64,000 nt of DNA from Felis catus. Taxonomy: Eukaryota. The notes under the pieces were generated by a model, which was not told where the DNA came from, searched no databases, and saw only the letters and a list, made by a program, of their open reading frames with translations. The stretch covers positions 111,850,001 to 111,914,000 of the forward strand of contig NC_058373.1 of assembly GCF_018350175.1 (NCBI RefSeq), read 5' to 3'. Every line of letters begins with the position of its first letter. The first letter of the stretch is position 1. Of this stretch, positions 1-11,080 are shown in pieces. Made by a program: the position numbers and the translations under genes.

Positions 1-151
1 AGTTAAATTTCAGCTTCAGATAAACAACCGCTCATTTTTTTAGTGTAAGTATGTCCTGTGCAATATTTGAGATATACTTACGCTAAAAAAATTCATGGTT
101 CATCTGGAATTGAAGTTTGCCTAGATGTCCTCTATTTTATCGGCAGCCCTT
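1..151. mobile_element. MER53-like palindromic hAT MITE, left end cut by window
   Basis: AGTTAAATTT..TTCAGATAAACAAC..TTTTTTAGTGTAAGTATGTCC-loop-GATATACTTACGCTAAAAAA..CATCTGGAATTGAAGTTT..GGCAGCCCT resembles the MER53 consensus as I recall it; the two arms are mutually reverse-complementary. Confidence 0.8.
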
Positions 152-167
152 GCCCCAGCTTCCAGAC

Positions 168-391
168 CAAGTGTCTGCACATTATGGCCTGTGGACCGAA
201 TCCAAGCTGCTACCTATTTTTGTAAATTAAGTTTTGTTGGAGCACAGCTACCCCCATTCATTTGCGTATTATCTATGACTGCTTTCGAGATACAGTGGCA
301 AAGTTGAATAGCTTTCACAGAGACTGTATTGCCCACAAAGGCTAAAATATCTGCTATCTAATCCTTTACAGAAAAGCCAGTTGAATCTCTG
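168..391 (+). mobile_element. MER58A-like hAT-Charlie MITE
   Basis: TATTTTTGTAAATTAAGTTTTGTTGGAGCACAGC..ACAGAGACTGTATTGCCCACAAAGGCTAAAATATCTGCTATCTAATCCTTTACAGAAAA matches recalled MER58A. Confidence 0.8.
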
Positions 392-813
392 TTCTGGACC
401 ATGCTCTGGGTAACCAGGGCCTCACAAGGGCCTACCCAACACCCCTGAGCCTACTTCCAGAGTGAGCAGACGTCTGGCCTCTGAGGGTGAGGGGCACAGA
501 CTGTGGGTAGAGTGCAGGATGGAGCTGATCCTCTATGGAGGGAGGCTGGACGATGACCTTCCCCTGAGAGTTTGCTGTTTCTGCCCAGAACTCTGAGGAT
601 CTCAGAATTCTAAATTTGCACCCAGTCTTCCATTTCATTCGGAAGATAAGTTTTTCAAGATAGGTAACAGATTATATTTACTTTGTGTATCAGACTGATT
701 TAACTTTTAAATAGTGAAACACATGGCATGAAGACAGACCTCCTTTTGTCGCCTTGACCTGAGCTCCTCAAATATCAGATCTGTTTTAACAACCAAGGCA
801 CAGAAATCATCAA

Positions 814-832
814 TAGTGCCATCTTGTGGTGA
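814..832 (-). promoter_or_regulatory. CTCF motif (reverse orientation)
   Basis: Minus strand reads TCACCACAAGATGGCACTA, close to the 19-bp CTCF core consensus; binding not shown. Confidence 0.6.
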
Positions 833-1029
833 GATCTACTACTACCATTTCTAAGCTGCCAAAGCTCCCCTAAACACTGGTCACCCACAGCTTAGCAGCT
901 CTGCCTATGACAACAAGCAAAGTTCAAAATTATACCACTGAACCAATGGGGGTTCAGTGCTAAAATGCTTTATGAGACATTAAAGAGATACTAAATGATA
1001 TTCAGCATGATTTCCTTCTAACTTAGTAA

Positions 1030-1225
1030 TTTTTTTAAGTGTTTATTTTTGAAAGAGATACAGAGCGTGAGCAGGGGAGGGGCAGAGAGAGAGGGAGGCA
1101 CAGAGTCCGAAGCAGGCTCCAGGCTCTTAGCATAAAGCCCGACGTGGGGCTCGAACCCAAGAACGGTGAGATCATGACCTGAGCCAAAGTCGTATGCTTA
1201 ACTGACTGAGCCACCCAGGCACCCC
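1030..1225 (-). mobile_element. Can-SINE (SINEC)
   Basis: Reverse-complement head (..GAGCCACCCAGGCACCCC), AG-rich body, T-rich tail; degenerate TSD AACTTAGTAATTT / AAATTACTAATTT. Confidence 0.95.
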
Positions 1226-2304
1226 CAAAATTACTAATTTGGGGTGGCCCACAATAATTTCTCACATTTGTACAGTGCTTTACAGTTTATAAAACATGTT
1301 CACACACAGCTTCTTAGCTGAGCCTTACAACCACGCTTTGGGTTGCCCTGAATACGGAAACTCTTAATGTCCATGACTTGCCCCAGCCTTTCTGGCAAGC
1401 CAAGGGTTGGTCTCATCATATTAGAGACATCTTGCTTTTAACCAGAATGGGGGCTAAGCAGAAAATCAATTTCCTTAACCATGAAGAGAACAGAAAGGTT
1501 ACATTTCAGCAAACTGGGACCTTGACGATGACTTTTTCTTAGTGCTCCCAGGCCTAGATAAGGGAAAAGTGGTTTCTGAAAGTATATCATAATCCTTCAA
1601 TAGCAGAGATTTGTGACAATTTTCTATTATTCACAACAAAGAGTATTTAGCAAGACTTGGTTCTCTGACATTTCCACTATTCCTCGAACAACTTTACAAA
1701 CTTCCTTCTCTGCTCTGCGGGCAGCAGGCCACAGGAGATACCGCAAAGCCGTGACCTTGAATCTGGGCCTGAGGGGTTAACCTTCACTGATGCCTCCACT
1801 GCAGCAGAGCCAGGGCGATCTGAGCCACTTGGAGGACTTTTAATTCCAATCTGTCAGAGATTAACATCTTGTCCAGAGATAGCTGTGAAGACAGGTTTCT
1901 CCCAACAACCCAGGGGTGAGCTAGGGATTTTACCGTCATTGGGGCTGACACACACAGCTGGATTTCACATTACATCTGGAAAGACACGGAGGAAATTGAG
2001 GGAATGAGACAAGGAGCTGGAAGCAGCACTTTTGTTAAATTCTACTTTTCTCAGAGATCAATAGATGCTTCAAAGCAGTCCACTGAGGGGGGTGTTTGTG
2101 TGGCTTTGACAAAACAGTTGTGCTTCTCGCCTCTGGGAGAGCCAATCTGAACCACCCAAGAGATGCCTTTCCAACTTTTTGATCATGCATGATGTGATTT
2201 GTGGGAAAATAGTTTACTTTGCCTTTCATCATGAACTTCTGGGTTATGCAGCGAGCTGGGGGACCAGGTTTATCAGATTCAGGCTTGCCTCTGGAGCTCC
2301 AGAT

Positions 2305-2540
2305 TCATTCATTTATTCATGCATGCATTCCATCAGTGTTTATTGAGTCCCATGTATGCTGCAGACATTCTGCTTCCTACCGAATGAATAAGACTTGACC
2401 TGGCCACATGGCTTTGACAGGTTCATGCTGCTGGGGATTCATGTTGCAGGGGGTCAGGAAAGGCTTTCCAGGGGAGACGCTTGAGTCAGGTTTTGAAGGA
2501 CTAGAGCCAGTTAGCCAGACAGATGGGGACGAAGGAAGCG
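2305..2540 (-). mobile_element. L2 3' end fragment
   Basis: ATTCATTCATTTATTCA..TTTATTGAG L2 tail pattern followed by GGTCAGGAAAGGCTTTCCAGGGGAG. Confidence 0.55.
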
Positions 2541-2784
2541 AACTCAGACTGGCTGACCCCCCCACACTCTAAGCCGCAGGTTACACAGCCTCCAGAGAAC
2601 TATTCTGACAGAGACCGTCTCAAGAAGAGACTTCACCAAGAGAAGCTCTGTTCCTAGAGCACCCCTCCCTTGAACAGCACTAAGACTGTGGCTTCCACAA
2701 ATGGCAGGGGAAGTTGGATGGGAAGGCAAAACAGAAACTGTGAGTTGTGGAGACCCAAGAGAGTCTGGCGTGTGCTATTGATCC

Positions 2785-2803
2785 TGGCCAGCAGGGGGCA
2801 GTG
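2785..2803 (+). promoter_or_regulatory. CTCF motif (forward orientation)
   Basis: TGGCCAGCAGGGGGCAGTG, near-consensus CTCF core; TGCTAT upstream-motif-like hexamer just 5'. Confidence 0.65.
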
Positions 2804-2899
2804 CAGGGCCCTTTGAGGAGTTAGACTACACCCATTGGTTGGGAGTCTCTAAACTGGTAAAGTGAGCCAGACCTCTTCCCCAGGAAGGTTACACCCCTT

Positions 2900-3090
2900 G
2901 TTATTGTCTTCCCAGTGCTTATTACTTTCTAAAGTGTTCCTGTTGATTTGTTTACATATTCATTTATTACCTTTCTCTCCCTTTCCAGGACATAATCTTC
3001 ATGAGCAAAGGCCTTGCTTGTCTTGTTCTCTGTTGTATTCCAAGTGCCTACATTAATGCCTTGTATGTGTTGATTTCTCAATAAATATTT
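2900..3090 (+). mobile_element. L2 3' end fragment
   Basis: CATGAGCAAAGGCCTTGCTTGTCTTGTTCTCTGTTGTATTCC..CTCAATAAATATTT. Confidence 0.6.
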
Positions 3091-3779
3091 AAACAATAAG
3101 TTCATGGGAGTGTGAATCTATGTGGCACTGAGAAACAGGCACTGTAGGAAAACGAAGACCTATATTTGCCTTTTGCTCCTGGAAGAGGATCCTGATGTAT
3201 GGTCTATTCCAGTTTTGCAAGATGGGCAGCCAGGAGTGTAGGGAACCACAGGAGAGCTTCTTTGTTGACAAAACAGACATCCTTTCTGTACTCTGGGCTG
3301 AGCGTTGCTGGGGCCAAGGTAAGCTGTCATCACCTGGCCAGGAGGCCAAGGTCAAGGACCAGTGGGTGGGGAAGAGTGGACGAGCCTGGTCCGGCCACAG
3401 CAGAGAGATTGGAAGGCACAGTGGTAGCGTGAGATGCCTGGTCTACAGAGGCCATGCTGATCCCACCAGCAGGGCACTCTGAGGTCCAAAACAGAGCAGA
3501 GTGAGGAACAAGACGATGCAGAAGTCAGACCTGGGCTGTGAGAAGTGCAAGGCTCACACTTCCTGGGGATGTGGTCTGTGACCAAGAAACCTTTGAAGGG
3601 CAAGTGCACCCTTGCAGGCATTTCTAATTCTGACTCCTACTGTTATTCTGGGACTCGCTTCAAGCTTTAACCTTATGGTCTCTCTCACTCAGGGGCACCC
3701 CTTTATTAGCTAGATTTTTAATGAAAATCTAAGGATGAAAAAGCTAGGTTGATATACCATTAAAAAAATACACCATGCA

Positions 3780-3988
3780 GGGGCGCCTGGGTGGCTAAGT
3801 CAGTTAAGTGTTCGACTTTGGCTCAGGTCATGATCTCATGGTTTGTGGGTTCGCGCCCTGAGTCAGGCTCTGCGCTGACAGTGTGGAGCCTACTTGGGGT
3901 TCTCTCTCTCCCTCTCTCTCTGCCCCTCCCCCATGCACACTTTTTCTCTCTCTCTCTCTCTGTATCTCAAAAATAAATAAACTTTAAA
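3780..3988 (+). mobile_element. Can-SINE (SINEC)
   Basis: GGGGCGCCTGGGTGGCT head with A/B boxes, (CT)n tract, AAATAAATAAA tail; degenerate TSD. Confidence 0.95.
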
Positions 3989-4349
3989 AGAATACAGCGT
4001 CCGGGTAGTTGACGATATATATTGGCCAGTCAATATACACTTGGGGTGTGCTGGAAATTTGATGTGTTGAGAAAAAAAAATGTTGATAGCTTTTTAAGGG
4101 GACATCAGAGAAGGAGGATGAGGACACAGACCATAAGTGGTGCTGCCCTTTGAGAGCTGAGTGGTCTGGGTCACATCTGTGACATGCTGTGGGAAATGCT
4201 TCCTTGACTAGGGCCACAGCGTCCAAGTGGCAATTTAAAAATTTTAAACGTACTCAGCTTCGAAGTGAGTCTAGAGTGTGGGTCAGGATGTTCCCCATTG
4301 GCTCGACATAATTAAAGTCCATGTTCTGTCTACGGAATGGGACTAAGGA

Positions 4350-4447
4350 GCCTGGTTTCCCCAGGAATGAGGGTCTTCCCAGAATGTGAGATCTGCAGAT
4401 TTAAAACTGGGAAAGTCCCAGGCACATCAGGCCAAGTTGGTCACCCT
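4350..4447. mobile_element. MER94-like hAT-Blackjack MITE
   Basis: TAAAACTGGGAAAGTCCCAGGCACATCAGGCCAAGTTGGTCACCCT matches the recalled MER94 terminus. Confidence 0.65.
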
Positions 4448-6102
4448 GTTACCTGCATGGTGAGTGGCACTTTATCTTTCCTTTTCTCCCTTGGCAATAT
4501 TAATGATCTTTATTTGTTCCCGAGTCCTTCGGTCTCCTTTCTCCTTCACTTGCTTTCAGGCTTTTGTGTCTGGTTCATGGGATGGCCCCATCTGCTCCTG
4601 CCTTAGGCACTACAGTTTGACACCATCTGGGATGGCCAATGGTTAGTGAAATGCACCTGCTGGGTGCTTCCTTACTGCTGAGGACCTTGCCCCTAAATTC
4701 GTTTGGGAACTGTCAAAACCACTGCCAGCTCAAAGGAGGCAAGATAAGGCTATGTTGTCACCCTCTTCCTTTCACAGGAGGTAAGGCAGAATGGAGTCTC
4801 TGAGTGTGTGGTGCTTAAGTCCAAGCCATCGCTCACTTGTCAGGGTTCTGGCAAAGCAGACTGTTACCTGAGGTGTTAGCTGGACTAGGCAAATGGAGGC
4901 CCCACAGAGGATGCTCGGGCTCTGCCACATGTAACTGATCGGCCAGTGCTACCCATTTGCTGACTAAGCACATTAATGAAATGACAGCGGGCATGTCGGT
5001 CTAGATAAATCTTCTCATTAAGATAAGCAAGCATTTGGAAAAGTCATTCAAGGTGCAAGTGGCCAGAGAGCATTACTAGCCTGTGCCACAAATGTTATAC
5101 CCTGAAGAGGATAAAATCTATTTTACTTTCCCCATCCTGGATGACAGAGCCTCCTCCAGTAAAGCCTTTGACTTTGCCCTCAGATAAAGGGGAATAATGG
5201 CTTCCCCCTTCTCACACATCAGAAATAAGGGAGGGGGAGCTTTATCAGGAACACGTTGGGCAGATCCAGCTGCAACTGTGAATTTGTTTTGGCAAGTCTG
5301 GGTTGAAGGTGGCACTTCGTTGATGAATCTGCTATGACCTCTTAATGAGAACAGTAAAACTGCAAAATGGAATTCAGCGTGCTGGTGGGGTGGGGTGGGG
5401 TGGTGGATTTTGAAATCTATTTTAAGTCTTCATTTGACAAATTACTCATGTTCAGTATACTCCCATAGTTCTAAAAGTACCTTAATGTCGCAGATCACAT
5501 TTTGGTGACATCTGAAAATCCTTTCCCCTAAATTTCTGACTTCTTGTGTGAATGAAAAGGAGTTGGAGGTTTTCATAAATTATAGTATTGCTATAAATCC
5601 TGGCTGAATACACGCGCGCACACACACACATGTATACACACATTTGCAACCTTTAAGGAACTTCTAATTTAATGCCTTCTATATCAAAGCCATCATGTTC
5701 AGTTGATCAAGTTTATGTAGGTGAAAATACTACTTTAAAATTATACAGGCTCTTTTCTCTAATAACAGAAACATTGCTATGTTTATGGAAAATTACATAA
5801 AAAGAGAAATAATGTAGGGGACATCTGTTCTTTTCATCTGTCTTGTATCTCCATAAGATTCTAGAAAGACTTTGTGTCAGTCTCACGGCCCTGCTGCCTT
5901 GCCTCAGGAGTGATCTGAATCTCCTATGCCTCAGTCAGTGATTGGTTCAGGGCTGAGCACTTAACCCGAACAGTTTTGGGTGCTGGGAGTAGGTGGAGAT
6001 TTCTCCCTTTTTCTGGGGTTACTGAGGTTTCCTCCAGTTATATTGCTGCCACGTGGGAGCCTGAATGAAAATGAAGAAAACAAGCAAATAGAGCTAAGGG
6101 AT

Positions 6103-6620
6103 TGTACCGATTGAATAGTGATACCCAAAATGTCATGTCTACCTGGAATAACCTTATTTGGAAATAGAGTCATTGCAGATGGAGTTAAAGATGAGGTCAC
6201 ACTGGATTAGAGTGGGCCTCAGTGACCGGTGTCCTTTTAAGGAGAAAAAAAAGATGCAGAGACACACAGGAAGTAGGCCATGTGCCATTAGAAGCAGGGA
6301 TTGGAGTGATGCATTTATGAGTCCTAGGACAACTGGCAGGAACCAGGAGCTGGAAGAAGCAAGGAAGGACCCTCCACTAGAACCTTCAGAGAGAGCACGG
6401 TTCTGCTGGTACCTTGATTTTAGACTGCTAGCCTCTAGAACATTTCTGGGGTTTCGTTTGTTTGCGTTTAATTGCGGCAAAACGTACATAATGCAAAACT
6501 TGCCATTCTAACTTTTTAAAAGTGACATTACGTATATTCACAATGTTGTGCAAAATGCCTGTTCTTTTGAGCCACCAAGTTTGGAATACTTTATTAGAGC
6601 AGCCGCAGGAAATACATACA
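6103..6620 (+). mobile_element. MLT1B/C-like MaLR solo LTR
   Basis: TG...CA ends; CCTTATTTGGAAATAGAGTCATTGCAGAT, GGAAGAAGCAAGGAAGGACCCTCCACTAGAACCTTCAGAG. Confidence 0.8.
6450..6555 (-). mobile_element. L1M 3' end fragment inside the MLT1 LTR
   Basis: TTTAATTGCGGCAAAACGTACATAATGCAAAACTTGCCATT..ATATTCACAATGTTGTGCAA, typical antisense L1MB terminus. Confidence 0.65.
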
Positions 6621-9600
6621 GAGACATATAGAGAAAAAGAGTCCTGATGATATTGTTTGAATCCCTGGATCCAGTCATGCCTGAATTCCCCTGGATTCGC
6701 TGATATGAGGCAACAAATATCATTGATCTGCTTCAGTTATTTTTTGAGTGAGATTTTGTCACTTCAATTAAAGGAATCCTGACAAATACAAATGGACTAG
6801 ATTAGTGGCAAGTGTTTTTATCATTCCATAAATGAAGGTCCTGACATTGCAAGAGGAACTGCCTCATTGAGTTATTCTAGCCCTTTACGCTTCCACTTAG
6901 CTCATGATTCTAGTTCTCTTATCACGTTAGTACCCAATCCAGTTGGGTATTAGCAAATAATAAAATATTTTAGAATATGAGCCAACTCCAAAGACAAAAA
7001 TTAGGGAACAGCTTGCAAAATTACAGCCAGATTAGAGGCCTCATGAAAATGTTAGGTAGGGGGACGTAGAAGGGAGATGAGAATCAGGGAGTGAGGGAAG
7101 AGAGTGAGGTGTGTCTCAGAGAACTACCCAGAAAACCCCTTTCGTGCACACAGCTATTCCAAGGCAGTTCTAGGTCTTATTTCTCAGGGATGAAATTGAT
7201 GAAGCATAGCAAACAATTAATTTCTGTTAAATACCAGCTAGTTAATAAAAAATATTTTCAAGTCCACGACAATCCCAAGAAGAATGTACTTATAAATAGC
7301 ACTGATATTTAGCCAACCAACCATGTCCATGGCAACATTTGAATTTAATGGGACTGGTTGCTTTATATTAATTAACTGCAGATTGATTGCTACCTGTATT
7401 TGTCGAGATTTCATACAGGTGATTATTGAATAATGGGAGAGCTGTTAAAACTCGTGCCATCATTTCTCTAAGAGCTAGAGGATATTACATAGGAAATGAA
7501 CAGCCAGGCTAACGAACAGTGAAATGGAGTAAAGAAAATAGGGTTTGGATATATGGAGAGGCCTGGTGAAGTCACTGTTGGGAGCTAAGTCATAGCACTG
7601 GGAGTTAGTGAGTGGCCAAAATGGGTTATATCTTATCTTCATGGACACTGTGGGCTCTCAGGTCTGGGTGGGACAGGTGAGATCAGAAATAGGGTAATAA
7701 CTATTTATTAGACCACCACCCAATAAGACTGTCATTCATCCTGTGAACCAAGGGTCATGAATAGTTCCAGCTTCCCACCTAGCTTTGATGGAACATGGTA
7801 TGAATACAGCCAAGGTCATAGACTCACTGTGGGATATGGAGGAAGGAGTAGGTCCAAGACCAGGCTCCAGAACTGAAAAGCTGAATGAATTTGGACACAT
7901 CTCTCATCTTCACTATTCCCCGGCTATAAAATGGGAACAAATCATGGGTTCCCATAAGGCCCAGATACTACAGTGTATGCAATATGCTTTGTGAATCCTG
8001 AATCCTAAGCCCTCGAAGACTGTTCAGCTTGTTCCTAAAGGCCGGGTGGGATTGCTCCAAACCACAGACACGCACAGACTGCTCATCTAGGCCTGGCCTG
8101 CCTCCTGCAGGTTTGGTGCCTTCAAGGTGACACTAGAGGGAAAGCCTGTGTGTCAGGGTCAACAGCAAATTGAGATTTGTCAAAACTGTTCCAGTCTGAA
8201 CTTTCCTGTGTGATTGGGCCCCTTTTCATTACCAACTTGGCTTTGCCCACAAGATTTGGTTCTGTCCTCCCCTGGCTCCAAGCTGGGCCCTTCTGTTTCC
8301 TGATCTAGTCTGTCCCTGACTTCAGGTTTCTGGCTCTCTCCTCAGGATGGCTGACACAGACCAACTCTGACTCTGTTCCTTGGATGAGGACCAAGTCCAA
8401 TGCTCAGTCCCCCACTGATAACCCAGAAGGACCCTGGGCTCTTGTTTCTGCCAAGTCCCATCCCAGTGGTTAGACAGACTGGAGCACATGGAAGGCTCAG
8501 CCTCACCTCCTCCCTGCTGCTGGAGAGGTAACTCCATATTCCCTGCTGAGAGTGATCCCAAAAGACTCCAGAAGGGAGACAGTGGGAACAGGTAGTAGTG
8601 AGGAAGGGGACTGAGACATGGCAGGGGGGTGGGGGCTTAAGTGGGAGGCTCCCTGAGTCCCACGGAGCCACGTGAGGGCCCACACCTCCAGATCTGAGCA
8701 ACCCGCAGGATTGTTACCTAATGAATAACCCACATTTCCTGACCCAGATTCCGTAGCCAAGAGTATCTGTTCACGTGGCCAATTAAAGGCTCAGAAAATG
8801 ACATCCATCTTCACACAGGTGGGTACCCGAGCCCCTTGCCCAAGTTCTGAGCTTCCTGAATCAGGTCACGTTGCCTGTGTCCTCATCTCCTCCCTGATTC
8901 CTGGTACTCTGTTCCTCCACCCCTGGGGAAATGTGAATTTTCATCAGACAGGAAGGCTTGAGTCGTCAACTGTGAAATTGCTCCCTAAACACCTCCGATG
9001 CCTAGTCATATGCAGTATTTAATTTACTTTTAATATTACAGATTTTTTAAGTGCCACAAAGCTAAAGCTCAGCTAAAGAAAAGTTTATGTCAACGCTCGT
9101 TTAGAATATATTTTTGAAAAATTACCTTGAGAATCTGAGCAGTTCCTTCCCAGACAGCTGCAGGCTCCCTTGTTTGATGCTGAGCAGTTTGCTATAAATT
9201 AAAGCAACATTACACTCTGCTTTTAGGTTATTCTCTAGTTATTTGATGTTTCTATTCGCTTGTGGATTTTAAGATCCTTACAAGGAAGGGGAAGAGAACT
9301 CGTATTATGAACACCTGTGAGCTAGGTGTGGCCCTTCATTAGTCCGAATCACAACCCATAGAGGGGTTCCACTGTCCCCATTTTCAGAGACGTGAGGCTC
9401 ATAAAGCCTAAGTAACTTACCCCTGGTTCCAGAGGGGGACCCAGACTCAGCCCAGCGCTGCTTGCCTCTTGCCTTTATTTCTTTGCTTTGAGCCTTGGTG
9501 CCTAAAACACACTGTTGCTCAATAAATATTGATGAAATGAGTAACTGCAAGATTTTCCAGTTCTTTCCCACTTGTGTTGGACACAACACCCTATAAGCAT

Positions 9601-10619
9601 CCCGTTCACAGAGACGTTAGTAGGTGAGGCAGTTTTGCTACGACCTCCCCTCCAGGACAGGGAAAACTGGGCTCTTACTGGGGGCCCTGGGGCCCAGCAG
9701 GATCCCAAAGTGCTTGGAAAGTCCTCAAGGAAAGAGTCAATGGTTTTCAGTTCAACTTGTCATCTTCAAAATCTCTAGCAATTATGAATCCTGTGTAGTA
9801 ATTGGGGAATTCTCATCTCACTGAATTAAAAAGAGGAAAAAGCACCCTGTGATCATTAGTTATATTTGATAATTGAACTTGACTGTTGCCTGTTTCTTAC
9901 TCCGAAGGTTCACAGGAGCTGTTACTGGGGTAGAGGGAAGTCAGAGGCCCCATCTGATTCTTGAAGAAATCAATGAGCCCCATACTGGGCAGCAAGATTG
10001 AATCAGGGCCAAGCTGAGGCTTAGGACCCAGTCCAGGTTGTACTCTGTGCCATACTTTCATGCATGTCATCTGTTAGATTAGAATTACTAATACTGTGTC
10101 GTTTTAATTAATGTTTGTGTTTATACAACATGTCAGCAGCGAACAAAATGTTCACTTGACACTAATCCTCCCCTCAAAAGTATATATTATAAGCAAAATA
10201 TATGGATTAATCAGTCCATCTGAATTCATACATCTTCACCGGTTTAGACATAGGCAGGGTACTGTGCTAGAGGCTGAGCAGGAGAGTGGGAGAGAGATGT
10301 GTAGGATGCAGGGTTCACCCTCAGGTGGCTCAGAGTACCAGTGGGAGACAAGAAGTGGTCTCTGCTCACAGATGCCAGACTGGCAAATGTCCGCGTCTGC
10401 TCCCCAACACAGACACCCTCGACATCACTGGGCTCGTTGCACATACTTTTGAAGGATATGGGAGCATGAAGGTGGAGGAAAGGGCAACTGGGGCAAATGG
10501 AAAAGGCTTAAGGAAGTTGGGACTGCCTGGGTTCCAACCTTCACTATTTCTCACTTGGGCTATGCGTCAGCCTTCGGGCTGCTACATCCTCAACCCATGC
10601 CCCAGGCTCTAACTGGACG

Positions 10620-11080
10620 GGAATCAACTCAATATTTCTCTGCCCAAAGCTCCCGTCATCAGTAGAATCAAGTCCAAGTCCCGTGGTGTGCCTGGAAGTC
10701 TCTCTGTGATTGTCCCTCACCCAAGGCAGCTTAGCTCATCTCCCCCAGTCACTTGGTCATGTACCTTCCGTGCCATCTAGACTCTGCAGACAGCACAGCA
10801 GACCTCCCTTTCTCTTGTGCCCTTGCCTCTGCTGGAACTCCCTCTCTTCCAGTCTTACCCCCTGGGTGAGTGCTAATTCGCTTTCCCTGTGAAGACTTCA
10901 CGCCCATCACCAGACAAGGAACTCCCTCCTCTGGACCAGATACTTGCCCATATCATGCTATCTCATCATCAAGCTGCCTTCTTGAAGACAGGGCCTAGTC
11001 ATTGTTTTATTTCCAGTGCTTATTCCAGAGCCGAGCCCATAGCAAGTGCTCAGTTAGTATTCGCAGAGTTGACTATGATG
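10620..11080 (+). mobile_element. L2 3' fragment
   Basis: AGAATCAAGTCCAAGTCCC..CCTTGCCTCTGCTGGAACTCCC..CATAGCAAGTGCTCAGTTAGTATT. Confidence 0.55.

Larger units (their letters stand above)
5815..6790 (+). mobile_element. Old MaLR LTR (MLT1J/K-like) split by nested insertions
   Basis: 5' part ~5815-6100 (GTGATTGGTTCAGGGCTGAGCAC) and 3' part 6621-6790 (CCCTGGATCCAGTCATGCCTGAA..AATCCTGACAAATACA). Confidence 0.55.

Noticed and set aside
1220..1246. Hairpin CACCCCCAAAATTACTAATTTGGGGTG
   Set aside because: Imperfect and formed by chance juxtaposition of a SINE head with its TSD and flank
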